The notes: generated by a model not told the origin, from the letters alone. A stretch of DNA of 32,000 bases from Vibrio vulnificus CMCP6 (GCF_000039765.1 NC_004460.2:60001-92000); one strand, 5' to 3'. Positions 1 to 10,154 are shown, counted from the stretch's first letter. Translations and numbers: made by a program.

Positions 1-607
1 ACCAGATACCGACGCCAATCATCAAACTACCAGCAATTCGGTTCAAGCGACGCACGTTTTGTGATTGACCAAGCAAGCGTTTCAAACCTTTACCACCAGT
101 GGCGTAGAGCGTCATACACACAAACTCTGAAATCAGAATAATTCCGACCAGCAGAAAAAGCTGTGGTGGTAGTGGCGCGCTTTTGTCGATAAAAGGGGGT
201 AAGAGAGAAATCATAAATGCCCAGCCTTTCGGATTGGCAATGGCAGTAATGAACCCTTGCATAATCAATTGCCAATTATTCGCGCGGCTGACAGGGCCTG
301 TTTCAGCAGAAAGAGACAGCTTTCCACGAGAGCGCCACATTTGGATGCCTAAGTAAACCAAATAGGTCGCGCCCAATATTTTGAAACTAATGAACAGCAT
401 AGGGTAATTGAGCATAACGGCGGCAATACCGACGACCGCTGCAACGGAAACAACCGCAACACCAACCAGCTCTCCGAGCATCATCCAAAGTGTGCGTTTA
501 TATCCAATGCTCATACCAAGGGTTAAGGCTAAAGTCATACACATCCCCGGGGTGATAGAGACAAAGAAAAAGGTTGGGATGAAAGCAGAAAGTAGCGCGA
601 AGTTCAT
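1..607 (-). CDS. LysE/RhtB-family amino-acid efflux permease (partial; 3' end runs off the window start)
   Basis: Absent from the ORF track because there is no stop inside the window. My manual reverse-complement translation from the ATG at 607-605 is uninterrupted: MNFALLSAFIPTFFFVSITPGMCMTLALTLGMSIGYKRTLWMMLGELVG...ITAIANPKGWAFMISLLPPFI...RIAGSLMIGVGIW. It is multi-TM, with the N-terminal ITPG and central ANPK motifs typical of LysE/RhtB exporters. Confidence 0.75.
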   Translation of the reverse strand, partial: MNFALLSAFIPTFFFVSITPGMCMTLALTLGMSIGYKRTLWMMLGELVGVAVVSVAAVVGIAAVMLNYPMLFISFKILGATYLVYLGIQMWRSRGKLSLSAETGPVSRANNWQLIMQGFITAIANPKGWAFMISLLPPFIDKSAPLPPQLFLLVGIILISEFVCMTLYATGGKGLKRLLGQSQNVRRLNRIAGSLMIGVGIW

Positions 608-817
608 GGAGCGAAAATGCCTCACAATATGGGACAAAAGTAACGTAAAGATACAATTACTAACAAATAACTCTGCATAGCATACTCAATTCGTGACATT
701 TGTCGAAATGTATTTGTGACTAATCACGCTGTTTTCTTTCCCCATTCCACTTCGAAAACGATCTCAATCACACATTGATACAAAGGCGATAGAAAATTTT
801 CATTCGCGTTCTATTAT

Positions 818-839
818 CTCATCGAAACGTTTCGATGAG
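818..839. promoter_or_regulatory. Candidate RbsR (LacI-family) operator: perfect 22-bp palindrome ctcATCGAAACGTTTCGATgag
   Basis: The sequence is its own reverse complement. The core CGAAACGTTTCG matches the ribose-repressor operator core as I recall it from E. coli. It lies about 50 bp upstream of the rbsD ATG, and rbsR is encoded at the end of the same operon. Confidence 0.7.
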
Positions 840-890
840 ATTTTTTCTCTAACGCGAATCGATAGAGTTCACCCAAATTGAGAAACAAAA

Positions 891-1310
891 ATGAAAAAAA
901 GTGCCCTGCTAAACTCTGAACTTTCCTACCTCGTGGCCACCTTAGGTCACACGGACGAGATCACGATTTGTGATGCTGGTTTGCCGATCCCAGATGGCGT
1001 CTCTCGCATTGATTTGGCGTTGACTCACGGTGTGCCAAGTTTTATTGAAACCGTACGAGTGATGCTCTCTGAATCGCAAATCGAAGGGGCAATTGTGGCC
1101 ACGGAGTTTGCAGAGGTAAGCCCTGAGCTTTATCAGGCATTAGTGGCTGAGCTTCAATGTGAAGAAGAAAAAACAGGCAAAGTGTTGTCACTGACGCATG
1201 TTTCTCACGAAGAGTTCAAGCAACGTACGGAGTCGAGCAAAGCGGTGGTGCGCACCGGTGAATGCACCCCTTACGCCAATGTGATTTTTCAAGCTGGCGT
1301 TGTGTTCTAA
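891..1310 (+). CDS. rbsD: D-ribose pyranase RbsD
   Basis: 139-aa ORF, MKKSALLNSELSYLVATLGHTDEITICDAGLPIP..., of typical RbsD length with the typical N-terminal motif. It is the first gene of an rbsDACBKR-ordered cluster. Confidence 0.95.
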   Translation: MKKSALLNSELSYLVATLGHTDEITICDAGLPIPDGVSRIDLALTHGVPSFIETVRVMLSESQIEGAIVATEFAEVSPELYQALVAELQCEEEKTGKVLSLTHVSHEEFKQRTESSKAVVRTGECTPYANVIFQAGVVF

Positions 1311-1353
1311 CCCATTGACAGGTTTCACCAAGTTAGGTGGTTGAGGAGAGAGT

Positions 1354-2859
1354 ATGAACCAAGCGATTTTACAGCTCAGTGAAATTGAAAAAGCATTTCC
1401 TGGCGTGAAGGCGTTAGATAAGGCCTCGCTCAATGTCTACCCAGGAAGAGTGATGGCTTTAATGGGAGAAAATGGAGCAGGAAAATCCACCTTGATGAAA
1501 GTGCTTACCGGTATCTATTCACGAGACGCAGGTGAGATAGTTTATCAAGGTCAATCAGCGCAGTTCAAAGGGCCAAGAGATTCACAACAAGCTGGTATCA
1601 GCATTATTCACCAAGAACTAAACCTTATTCGTGAACTGACCATCGCAGAGAACATTTTTCTTGGTCGAGAGATTACCTCGGCGTTTGGGCGTATTGATTG
1701 GCCCCAAATGTACGCGGAAGCGGACAAACTGCTCGCGCGCTTGAAAGTGAAGCACAGCTCAAAGACGTTACTTGGTCAGTTAAGTCTGGGTGAGCAGCAG
1801 ATGGTGGAAATCGCTAAAGCGCTCTCTTTTGAGTCCAAAGTCATCATCATGGATGAACCAACAGACGCCTTGACGGACACCGAAACAGAGGCGCTGTTTT
1901 CGGTTATTCGAGAGCTGAGAGAGCAGGGGTGTGGCATTGTTTACATCTCCCACCGTTTGAAAGAGATCTTCGAAATTTGTGATGACATCACGGTGTTGCG
2001 CGATGGCAAATTTATCGGTCAGTGCGAAGTCGTGCAAACAGACGAAGATGGCTTAATTGAGATGATGGTTGGGCGCAAGCTTGAAGAGCAATACCCAAGA
2101 ATTGACGTGGTGCACGGTCAAACCTGTTTAGAAGTGATTGGTCTGACGGGGTCTGGCGTACACGATGTCAGTTTTACCTTAAAACGAGGTGAAATTTTGG
2201 GTATTTCAGGTCTGATGGGCGCAGGTCGAACAGAGCTGATGAAAGTGATTTATGGTGCTTTGCCGAGTGAGAGAGGCGTGATCAATCTTGATAATCGCAC
2301 CATTAATCCGATAAGCCCACAAGATGGTTTGGCAAATGGCATTGCTTACATTTCAGAAGACCGCAAAGGCGACGGCCTCGTCCTTGGCCTTTCGGTGAAA
2401 GAAAACATGTCACTTTGTGCGCTTGATAAGCTAAGCAAAGGTGTGCAAATCCAACATCAAGATGAAGTGGTTGCTGTGGATGACTTTATCCAACTTTTCA
2501 ACATCAAAACGCCATCTCGCGAGCAAATTATTGGCAATCTTTCTGGCGGAAACCAGCAAAAAGTGGCCATTGCAAAAGGGTTGATGACCAAACCGAAAGT
2601 TTTGATCCTAGACGAACCGACTCGGGGTGTAGACGTCGGCGCGAAGAAAGAAATTTACCAGTTAATCAACAAATTCAAAGCCGAAGGGATGAGCATCATT
2701 CTGGTCTCATCTGAAATGCCAGAAGTGCTCGGCATGAGCGATCGCATCTTAGTGATGCATGAAGGTCGCATTACTGGTGAGTTTGAAGCAAAACACGCCG
2801 ATCAGGAAAAACTGATGGCCTGTGCCGTCGGCAAAAAAGTATCTGAGGAAGCAGCATGA
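1354..2859 (+). CDS. rbsA: Ribose ABC transporter ATP-binding protein RbsA (duplicated ATPase)
   Basis: 501 aa with two ABC cassettes: Walker [10 protein letters not shown], signatures LSLGEQQ and LSGGNQQ, Walker B IIIMDEPT and VLILDEPT. Its stop overlaps the rbsC start (ATGA). Confidence 0.95.
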   Translation: MNQAILQLSEIEKAFPGVKALDKASLNVYPGRVMALMGENGAGKSTLMKVLTGIYSRDAGEIVYQGQSAQFKGPRDSQQAGISIIHQELNLIRELTIAENIFLGREITSAFGRIDWPQMYAEADKLLARLKVKHSSKTLLGQLSLGEQQMVEIAKALSFESKVIIMDEPTDALTDTETEALFSVIRELREQGCGIVYISHRLKEIFEICDDITVLRDGKFIGQCEVVQTDEDGLIEMMVGRKLEEQYPRIDVVHGQTCLEVIGLTGSGVHDVSFTLKRGEILGISGLMGAGRTELMKVIYGALPSERGVINLDNRTINPISPQDGLANGIAYISEDRKGDGLVLGLSVKENMSLCALDKLSKGVQIQHQDEVVAVDDFIQLFNIKTPSREQIIGNLSGGNQQKVAIAKGLMTKPKVLILDEPTRGVDVGAKKEIYQLINKFKAEGMSIILVSSEMPEVLGMSDRILVMHEGRITGEFEAKHADQEKLMACAVGKKVSEEAA

Positions 2860-3842
2860 GTAGTGAAATCATGAGCAAAAGAAAATCAAATGAGACAAAC
2901 AAAACTTGGATCAGTAAAGAGTGGCTCATTGAGCAGAAATCGCTCATCGCGTTACTTTTCCTCATCGTGGTGGTCTCTTTTCTCAATCCAAACTTTTTCA
3001 CCGTAGACAACATTCTCAACATTCTTCGTCAAACCTCGGTGAACGCGATCATCGCCGTGGGGATGACCTTGGTTATTCTGACTGCGGGCATCGATTTGAG
3101 TGTGGGGTCGGTGTTGGCCCTATGTGGCGCGTTTGCTGCTAGCCTTGTCGCGATGGAAGTCCCGGTATTCATCGCGGTGCCAACCGCGCTGTTAGCGGGG
3201 GCAACGTTGGGGGCCATTAGCGGCATTATTATCGCCAAAGGCAAAGTTCAAGCCTTTATCGCCACACTGGTGACGATGACCTTGCTGCGTGGTGTCACCA
3301 TGGTGTATACCGATGGCCGTCCTATCTCTACGGGTTTTACCGATACTGCCGATGCGTTTGCTTGGTTTGGCACTGGCTATGCGCTAGGCATTCCGGTACC
3401 GGTTTGGTTGATGGTGGTGGTGTTTGCGGCCGCTTGGTATCTGCTTAATCACACCCGCTTTGGTCGCTATGTGTATGCACTGGGTGGGAACGAGTCTGCC
3501 ACTCGTCTATCCGGTATCAACGTCGACAAAGTCAAAATCGGTGTTTACGCGATTTGCGGCCTACTTGCTGCTTTGGCAGGCATCATCGTCACATCACGTC
3601 TATCTTCGGCTCAACCAACGGCAGGGATGGGCTATGAGCTTGATGCGATTGCCGCCGTGGTGCTTGGTGGTACCAGTTTAATGGGTGGTAAAGGACGGAT
3701 TATGGGTACGTTGATTGGTGCGTTAATCATCGGTTTCCTAAACAACGCGCTGAACTTACTCGATGTTTCTTCTTACTACCAAATGATCGCCAAAGCTGCT
3801 GTTATTTTGCTGGCGGTAATGGTGGATAACAAAAATAAATGA
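2856..3842 (+). CDS. rbsC: Ribose ABC transporter permease RbsC
   Basis: 328-aa polytopic membrane protein. [27 protein letters not shown]...[26 protein letters not shown] closely parallels E. coli RbsC from memory. An alternative start at the ATG at 2871 is possible. Confidence 0.93.
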   Translation: MSSEIMSKRKSNETNKTWISKEWLIEQKSLIALLFLIVVVSFLNPNFFTVDNILNILRQTSVNAIIAVGMTLVILTAGIDLSVGSVLALCGAFAASLVAMEVPVFIAVPTALLAGATLGAISGIIIAKGKVQAFIATLVTMTLLRGVTMVYTDGRPISTGFTDTADAFAWFGTGYALGIPVPVWLMVVVFAAAWYLLNHTRFGRYVYALGGNESATRLSGINVDKVKIGVYAICGLLAALAGIIVTSRLSSAQPTAGMGYELDAIAAVVLGGTSLMGGKGRIMGTLIGALIIGFLNNALNLLDVSSYYQMIAKAAVILLAVMVDNKNK

Positions 3843-3917
3843 TTTGAACTCTGGAATAACTCTCTGACAGCCAAGTTTCGGCTTGGCACCCCTACAAAAG
3901 TACAAAGGACGACAACA

Positions 3918-4796
3918 ATGAAAAAATTGGCAACACTGATTTCTGCTGCACTACTAACCTCTACCGTTTCTCTTGGTGCGCAGGCGCAAGATACGATGGC
4001 GATCGTTGTTTCGACGCTGAATAACCCATTCTTTGTCACCATGAAAGATGGAGCGGAAACGCGTGCAAAAGAGCTGGGCTACAACCTGATCGTTTTGGAT
4101 TCGCAAAACGACCCGAGCAAAGAGCTTTCGAACGTGGAAGATCTGACCATTCGTGGCGTTAAAGCGATTTTGATCAACCCAACCGATTCGGATGCGGTTT
4201 CGAATGCGATTCGTATTGCTAACCGCTCCAAGATTCCTGTTCTAACTTTAGACCGTGGTGCAAGCCGTGGCGACGTTGTGAGTCATATTGCGTCAGACAA
4301 CGTGGTGGGCGGTGAAATGGCCGGTAATTTCATCGTCGAAAAAGTGGGCGAAAAAGCGAAAGTGATCCAGCTTGAAGGTATTGCTGGAACATCAGCGGCG
4401 CGCGAACGCGGAGAAGGCTTTATGAATGCGGTTAAAGGCAGTCATATGGAACTGCTTGCGAGCCAACCTGCGGATTTTGACCGCACTAAAGGTCTGAACG
4501 TGATGGAAAACCTACTGGCAGCAAACCCAGATGTCCAAGCGGTCTTTGCACAAAACGATGAAATGGCATTGGGGGCGTTGCGCGCCATTCAAGCGTCGGG
4601 CAAAGAGGTGATGATTGTGGGCTTTGATGGCACGGATGACGGTATCGCAGCGGTGAATCGTGGCAAACTGGCCGCGACTATTGCCCAGCAGCCAGACCTT
4701 ATCGGTGCGCTAGGTATTGAGACCGCAGACAAAGTGCTGAAAGGTGAACAGGTTGAAGATTACATCCCTGTTCCACTGAAAGTCGTAACGAAATAA
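3918..4796 (+). CDS. rbsB: Periplasmic ribose-binding protein RbsB
   Basis: 292 aa with a signal peptide ([23 protein letters not shown]), followed by the type-I periplasmic sugar-binding fold signature [16 protein letters not shown]. Confidence 0.95.
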   Translation: MKKLATLISAALLTSTVSLGAQAQDTMAIVVSTLNNPFFVTMKDGAETRAKELGYNLIVLDSQNDPSKELSNVEDLTIRGVKAILINPTDSDAVSNAIRIANRSKIPVLTLDRGASRGDVVSHIASDNVVGGEMAGNFIVEKVGEKAKVIQLEGIAGTSAARERGEGFMNAVKGSHMELLASQPADFDRTKGLNVMENLLAANPDVQAVFAQNDEMALGALRAIQASGKEVMIVGFDGTDDGIAAVNRGKLAATIAQQPDLIGALGIETADKVLKGEQVEDYIPVPLKVVTK

Positions 4797-4807
4797 TTGT
4801 CACGTTA

Positions 4808-4831
4808 TGCCTCTGACGTTGGTCAGAGGCA
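4808..4831 (+). terminator. Intercistronic hairpin after rbsB (tgcctctgac-gtt-ggtcagaggca); attenuator or mRNA-stabilising stem rather than a full terminator
   Basis: A perfect 10-11 bp GC-rich inverted repeat with a short loop lies 12 nt after the rbsB stop. It has no T-run (followed by taaacgccc), and rbsK and rbsR follow on the same strand. Confidence 0.4.
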
Positions 4832-4951
4832 TAAACGCCCGATGCCATTGAGTTTTTGGTTCACGCTTTGCTCTCTAGTAAGCAGAAAACTCAACGTCAT
4901 CAGTGTCGTTTTACAATGAACAAAGCTCATTCAAGAGCTGAGGAATACCCA

Positions 4952-5872
4952 ATGAACAAGTTAGTGGTTTTAGGTAGTGTTAACGCAGACCATGTGCTTC
5001 AAGTCCCATCCTTCCCACGTCCTGGGGAAACGTTACATGGGCGAAATTATCAAGTGATTCCGGGTGGGAAAGGGGCCAATCAAGCCGTTGCCGCTGCACG
5101 TTTAGGCGCAGATACGGGCTTCATCGCTTGTGTTGGGGATGACTCGTTTGGCATCAATATTCGTGAAAACTTCAAGCTTGACGGTATTCAAATCGATGGC
5201 GTGAAGATGCAGCCCAATTGCCCAACAGGCATCGCAATGATTCAAGTCGCAGACAGCGGCGAGAACAGTATTTGTATCTCGGCGGAAGCCAATGCCAAAT
5301 TAACCGAGGTGGCCATTGAATCGGATTTGCCACGTATCCGTGATGCTAGATTTCTTCTTATGCAGTTAGAAACCCCTATCTGCGGGATAGAGCTTGCGGC
5401 CAGAGAAGCTAAAGCTGCAAAAACTAATGTGATTTTAAATCCAGCACCAGCGCGCACATTATCTGACGAGCTATTAGCATGCATCGACGTGATCACACCA
5501 AATGAGACAGAAGCTCAGGTGTTAACCGGGATTGAGGTAGTGGATGATGAAAGCGCTCAGCAAGCCGCCAATGTCTTACATCAAAAAGGCATTGAGATCG
5601 TCATGATTACGCTTGGCTCTAAAGGGGTTTGGCTCAGCGAAAATGGCAGGGGGCAACGCATCTGCGGATTTAAAGTCGACGTCACCGATACAACCGCCGC
5701 GGGAGATACTTTTAATGGGGCATTGGTCACTGGTTTATTGGAGGATATGCCTTTAGAATCAGCGATTAAGTTTGCTCATGCAGCGGCGGCGATTTCAGTG
5801 ACTCGATTTGGAGCGCAAACTTCTATTCCAACCCGTAAAGAGGTCGATGAGTTTTTAGCCGCGCACAGTTAG
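4952..5872 (+). CDS. rbsK: Ribokinase RbsK
   Basis: PfkB-family motifs: MNKLVVLGSVNADH, GGKGANQAVAAARLG, and the C-terminal DTTAAGDTFNGA anion-hole/ATP motif. I chose the ATG at 4952, preceded by gaggaa, over the track start at 4856. The earlier start would add 32 non-conserved residues and overlap the rbsB hairpin region. Confidence 0.9.
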   Translation: MNKLVVLGSVNADHVLQVPSFPRPGETLHGRNYQVIPGGKGANQAVAAARLGADTGFIACVGDDSFGINIRENFKLDGIQIDGVKMQPNCPTGIAMIQVADSGENSICISAEANAKLTEVAIESDLPRIRDARFLLMQLETPICGIELAAREAKAAKTNVILNPAPARTLSDELLACIDVITPNETEAQVLTGIEVVDDESAQQAANVLHQKGIEIVMITLGSKGVWLSENGRGQRICGFKVDVTDTTAAGDTFNGALVTGLLEDMPLESAIKFAHAAAAISVTRFGAQTSIPTRKEVDEFLAAHS

Positions 5873-5892
5873 CCAATAATTAGGAGAACAAC

Positions 5893-6912
5893 ATGGCTAC
5901 GATGAAAGATATTGCAAAGCTTGCTGGTGTTTCCACATCAACCGTTAGCCATGTTATTAATAAGACCCGTTTTGTCAGTGAAGAAATTGCAGAACGGGTG
6001 AATCATGCCGCTAAAGAGCTCAACTATTTTGCCCCTTCCGCCTTAGCCCGCAGTTTAAAAGTCAACCGAACCAATACCATCGGAATGCTTGTGACGACCT
6101 CAACCAACCCTTTTTTTGGTGAAGTGGTTAAAGGGGTAGAGCGCAGCTGTTATCAAAAAGGGTACAACTTAATTCTCTGCAATACGGAAGGCGACCACGA
6201 GAGGATGAAATCGTCGATAATGACCTTGCTGCAAAAACGCGTCGATGGTTTGATTCTGATGTGTTCTTCGCTTGAAGGTGAGCGTTTGGATGTGTTTGAG
6301 CGCTACCCTGATATTCCCGTGGTAGTCATGGATTGGGGGCCGATGCTGTTTAGTAGCGATAAGATTCAGGACAACTCGTTACGTGGTGGCTATCTTGCCG
6401 CGAATCACCTCATTCAAATGGGGCATAAAGAGATTGGCTGTATTACTGGCCCACTGATTAAACATCAAGCTCAAATGCGTTATGAAGGCTATAAGCGGGC
6501 GCTCAATGAGCACGGATTGCCGTTCAACCCTGCGTGGATTGTGGAAGCGGACTTTGAATGTGAAGGCGGCTATCAAGCATTCAAAAAAATCGTCGCCAAA
6601 GGCCCTTTGCCAAGCGCTTTGTTTGTTTGCAATGACATGATGGCGATGGGGGTGATCAATGCTGCCAATGAGGTGGGGGTGGAGATTCCTCATGACCTTT
6701 CTATTATCGGTTATGACGATATTCACATCGCTAAATTTATGACGCCTTCGCTTACCACTATTCATCAACCCAAATATCGTTTAGGCCAAGCAGCGGTAGA
6801 GACCCTATTAAAGAAAATTAATAAAGAGACCGCAGAAGTGCAGGTAGTACAGCTTGAACCGACGTTGATTGAGAGAAACAGTGTCGTTGAGTGGCATGAC
6901 AATGAGATCTAG
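5893..6912 (+). CDS. rbsR: LacI-family ribose operon repressor RbsR
   Basis: 339 aa. N-terminal HTH MATMKDIAKLAGVSTSTVSHVINK, followed by a periplasmic-binding-protein-like sugar-binding core. It is the last gene of the rbs cluster. Confidence 0.9.
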   Translation: MATMKDIAKLAGVSTSTVSHVINKTRFVSEEIAERVNHAAKELNYFAPSALARSLKVNRTNTIGMLVTTSTNPFFGEVVKGVERSCYQKGYNLILCNTEGDHERMKSSIMTLLQKRVDGLILMCSSLEGERLDVFERYPDIPVVVMDWGPMLFSSDKIQDNSLRGGYLAANHLIQMGHKEIGCITGPLIKHQAQMRYEGYKRALNEHGLPFNPAWIVEADFECEGGYQAFKKIVAKGPLPSALFVCNDMMAMGVINAANEVGVEIPHDLSIIGYDDIHIAKFMTPSLTTIHQPKYRLGQAAVETLLKKINKETAEVQVVQLEPTLIERNSVVEWHDNEI

Positions 6913-7142
6913 TTCATTGTTAGTAACTCTAAGTAAAAAATAGTTACATAGTTGTTTGCTTTTATGCCAATCTAGGTGTGACTTCGCTTGGAATAATTAG
7001 CTCACCGAATGATTCGCTTGTTATATCGTCTGAAAATTTTAAGGATGTGATTTTCAGCCAAAAATAGCGAAATAGAGTTGTTTATTGGAATAGCGTGTGG
7101 TCTTATTGATACATTAATAAGTAAGGTTTGATAAGTTGAAGT

Positions 7143-7358
7143 ATGATTGGTAGAAAATACGCCCATTTTTCGGTTAAACATCCTTGGATACACCGTTTTA
7201 ACCTACTAGTAGCGCTCATGATCTTTGCGGTAAGCTGCTACGAGCTACTAGCCAATGAAAACTTATGGTACGGCCTAGGGACACTATTCACATTTGTTTT
7301 GTTGCTTGTATTTGCCTCTGCATCTGAGTTTAAACGAAAATACCTTTCTCATGAGTAA
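7143..7358 (+). CDS. Hypothetical small membrane protein (71 aa, two predicted TM helices)
   Basis: Two hydrophobic stretches, FNLLVALMIFAVSCYELL and GLGTLFTFVLLLVFASA. A convincing rho-independent terminator follows 16 nt downstream. No family recognised and the RBS is weak. Confidence 0.35.
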   Translation: MIGRKYAHFSVKHPWIHRFNLLVALMIFAVSCYELLANENLWYGLGTLFTFVLLLVFASASEFKRKYLSHE

Positions 7359-7373
7359 ATGAGAGAGCAATTG

Positions 7374-7401
7374 AAAAGGCACTAACGTAGGTGCCTTTTT
7401 T
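7374..7401 (+). terminator. Rho-independent terminator (aaaaggcac-taacgtag-gtgcctttttt)
   Basis: A GC-containing stem (ggcac/gtgcc, extended by A/T pairs) is followed by a run of six T. Confidence 0.6.
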
Positions 7402-7790
7402 GTCTTTCCTTGAGCGATACTTGCCCCCTTTCTCCTGCATTCTAGTTTTCGTTTGTTCTTTGACATTTATCTTGTGTATCGCACCATCCATGATGGGCGG
7501 TTTGAAGCGCGCACGCTATCACTCTCCATGGTTAGTTGCATATAAGGAAACAGGAATCATTCAGCGAATGAAGAAAACTTCAGCGAATTAAAAAACTGCG
7601 ACTATTATTGAAGATAACGGGCATTTTTTGCTGGCAAACGTGGTGAATCACAGTTTTTGTTTAAATATTTGAACTATTGAGTTGTTTGCCGATTTACAAA
7701 ACTGAGCCAAGCAGTTAAAAAGAAAACAATCGATAAAAAACCGTAGCCTGGCAACAGGTGGTTTATTAACCATGAAAAGTATTTGAAATC

Positions 7791-8774
7791 ATGAGCTATT
7801 CAAGTAGTACAATTTTGACCGAAAGTGGAACCAATGAACTTGAGATTATCGAGTTTCATTTGGAGAAGGTTTTGCCTAACGGTGAGACGAAAACTTGCTA
7901 TTACGGCATCAACGTTGCGAAAGTGCGTGAAGTTATCCAAGTTCCAGAAACAACGGATTACCCAAATGCTCAGCCGCATATGATTGGTGTGTTTTCTTCG
8001 CGTGATGTGTTAACGCCACTCGTCGATCTGGCTGGCTGGTTAGGCGTACCTACTCGTCCTGCGGTTGAGCGCAAGTTCGTTATTGTTACTGATTTCAACA
8101 AAATGACGAACGGCTTTTTAATCGACAGTATCAGTCGCATTCACCGTATTTCATGGAATGATGTTGAGTCGCCGAGTCAGTTTTTGGAAGCGGGCGAACA
8201 AGATTGCGTGGTTGCGGTTGTACGAAAAGATGGCAATCTGATCATGATCCTCGATTTCGAGAAAATCATCGCTGACATCAACCCAGAACTCAGCATGGAG
8301 AAATACGACGTTAAAACAGACCGAAGTGTCGATCTTAACCAGCGTATGGTCACCAAGCGTAATGCCAAAACCATTATGGTGGTGGACGACTCTGCGTTCA
8401 TTCGCTCTCTGATCCAAGAGACACTGACCTCGGCAGGCTACAATATCATCGCCTGTAAAGATGGCGGTGAAGCGCACGATAAGTTAATGAATCTGATTGA
8501 AGTCGCGCGTGAAGAGAATTTGCCGTTGAGTGAACTGATTGATGCGGTGGTGACCGACGTAGAAATGCCTCGTATGGACGGTATGCACTTAGTGAAACGT
8601 CTACGAGACAGTGAAGCCTACAAGACTCTACCTATTGTGATGTTTTCTTCATTAATGAGTGAAGACAACCGTGCGAAAGCATTGGCCTTGGGTGCCAATG
8701 ACACCATCACCAAACCAGAAATTGGCCGCATGGTGTCTTTGATGGATAAGTACGTGTTCAACATTGAATCGTAA
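7791..8774 (+). CDS. cheV: Chemotaxis coupling protein CheV (CheW-like domain + receiver domain)
   Basis: 327 aa. The N-terminal CheW-like region starts NELEIIEFHL...YGINVAKVREV. The C-terminal REC has IMVVDDS, VVTDVEMPRMDG and ITKP. Confidence 0.9.
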   Translation: MSYSSSTILTESGTNELEIIEFHLEKVLPNGETKTCYYGINVAKVREVIQVPETTDYPNAQPHMIGVFSSRDVLTPLVDLAGWLGVPTRPAVERKFVIVTDFNKMTNGFLIDSISRIHRISWNDVESPSQFLEAGEQDCVVAVVRKDGNLIMILDFEKIIADINPELSMEKYDVKTDRSVDLNQRMVTKRNAKTIMVVDDSAFIRSLIQETLTSAGYNIIACKDGGEAHDKLMNLIEVAREENLPLSELIDAVVTDVEMPRMDGMHLVKRLRDSEAYKTLPIVMFSSLMSEDNRAKALALGANDTITKPEIGRMVSLMDKYVFNIES

Positions 8775-8806
8775 GCACCAAGCGCCACAATTCATATCGA
8801 CTAACA

Positions 8807-8838
8807 AATCAGGCTCCATAACGGAGCCTGATTGTTTT
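8807..8838. terminator. Bidirectional rho-independent terminator between convergent cheV and the desaturase gene
   Basis: A perfect 11-bp stem, aatcaggctcc / ggagcctgatt, with loop ataac. It is followed by gtttt on the plus strand and ttt on the minus strand. Confidence 0.65.
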
Positions 8839-8860
8839 AGAGGGTTAAAATATTTAGGAG

Positions 8861-9997
8861 CTAAGCATAATGCGCAGTGAGCGCGTGCCAGCGTTTATAA
8901 CGGCTTAACAAGTCTTCTTTGGCTTGTTGATAACGTATTTTTACTAACGCCACCTCATATTTCTTAAAAGCAGTCTGTTTTTTACACTCTAGAAGCTGTT
9001 TCTTTGCATCGTAGTAATCTTTCATCGTGGCAACTAGGCCATCGAATTCCAATTGCAATTGTTGTTTGAGTGACTCTTGTTCACCACGCTGCGCAAGCTG
9101 GTGGAGCGCATTTTTCAGCCGTGTGGCAGCTCTGGCTTTGTCGATTTTCATTTGTGGAGTGAGGCGCAAGTTGCGGGTTAGACCTAACCATGAACAGCTT
9201 TTGATCAACCATTTTGTTGGGTCGTACTGCCACCAATAAATCCCGTTGCGGTAGTCGTTTTCAAAGATATGGTGAAAATTATGGTATCCCTCACCAAAGG
9301 TTAAAACGGCTAAGAACCCATTGTCTCTTGCACTGTTTTTGTCGGTAAAGGTCTGCTTTCCCCAAATATGGGCTAAGGAATTAATAAAGAACGTCGAATG
9401 ATGACTCAGCGTTAAACGTAGTGCGCCGACCACAAGTAGCATGCCGATGATGTCCTGATAATACCAACCCAATAACAAAGGGATGCCCAAGTTTGTCGCT
9501 ATTGCCAGCGGCACATAGTACTTATGTTGCCACATAATGACGGGATCTTTTTGGAGGTCGCGACAGTTAGTGTAATCGTTGTAGGTTGATTGATTGTAGT
9601 CTCGCAGCATCCAGCCAATATGAGAAAACCAGAAGCCGCGGCTCGCAGAGTAGGGATCTTTATCGTGGTGATCAACAAACTTGTGGTGCATACGATGATC
9701 TGAAGACCAATGCAATGCGCTGTTTTGTAGAGAGAAAGCACCGCCGATGGCAAAGACAACACGGAGCAAAGGATGCGCTTCATAAGTCTTATGGCTCCAC
9801 AAACGATGGTAGCCAGCAGTAATGGAAAGGTTGGTGAAGCTAAAAGTGACGAGTAACCAGATGAGGTGCTCAAAACCAAACCCTTCCTTGATACCGTACC
9901 AAGGTGTGACCACAAGGGCGAGTACTAATGACGTAACAAAGATGACAATGTTGAGCCATATGAATGGCGGTTTCTGTTGTTGCAAGATAGACCTCAA
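8861..9997 (-). CDS. Membrane acyl-CoA/acyl-lipid delta-9-type fatty acid desaturase
   Basis: 378 aa. It carries the three histidine boxes of the stearoyl-CoA desaturase family, HRLWSH, HRMHH and HNFHH, and N-terminal TM helices. A charged helical C-terminal extension of about 90 aa follows. Confidence 0.85.
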   Translation of the reverse strand: MRSILQQQKPPFIWLNIVIFVTSLVLALVVTPWYGIKEGFGFEHLIWLLVTFSFTNLSITAGYHRLWSHKTYEAHPLLRVVFAIGGAFSLQNSALHWSSDHRMHHKFVDHHDKDPYSASRGFWFSHIGWMLRDYNQSTYNDYTNCRDLQKDPVIMWQHKYYVPLAIATNLGIPLLLGWYYQDIIGMLLVVGALRLTLSHHSTFFINSLAHIWGKQTFTDKNSARDNGFLAVLTFGEGYHNFHHIFENDYRNGIYWWQYDPTKWLIKSCSWLGLTRNLRLTPQMKIDKARAATRLKNALHQLAQRGEQESLKQQLQLEFDGLVATMKDYYDAKKQLLECKKQTAFKKYEVALVKIRYQQAKEDLLSRYKRWHALTAHYA

Positions 9998-10154
9998 ATA
10001 TTTAAGCGAACAGTTGTACGCTAGAATATCAGCGAACAGGTGTAAGTCAAACTAAATGGCAAAATATGTGAACGGAATGTTTCCCTTTACTGGTGGGAAG
10101 AGTGTAGTATTAACTCTTTATGAAAAGACTATTTGTAGCGATAAGGACTTAAAA

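Noticed and set aside
90-680. Track ORFs 90..275 (-) and 408..680 (+)
   Set aside because: Both lie within or opposite the uninterrupted LysE/RhtB reading frame (minus strand, 607 down to the window edge). That frame has clear family motifs. The 408..680 product is low-complexity T/A/P-rich, as expected for a shadow frame.
4856-4951. Upstream start (4856) giving a 338-aa RbsK
   Set aside because: The extra 32 residues (MVHALLSSKQKTQRHQCRFT...) are non-conserved and basic, and lie right after the rbsB hairpin. The ATG at 4952 has an RBS and gives the canonical ribokinase N-terminus MNKLVVLGS.
7002-7591. Small ORFs 7002..7193 (-), 7284..7466 (-) and 7391..7591 (+)
   Set aside because: They have no RBS and no recognisable family. 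Two of them run through the 7374-7401 terminator hairpin, and their composition is typical of random AT-rich frames.
7628-7700. Possible sigma-54 (ctggcaaacgtggtga) or sigma-28 (taaat...gccgattt) promoter for cheV
   Set aside because: The sigma-54 candidate lacks the -12 TTGC/GC element. The sigma-28 candidate has a good GCCGAT -10-like element at 7687-7692, but the only TAAA lies about 26 nt upstream rather than the 19-20 nt expected. It is not supportable without TSS data.
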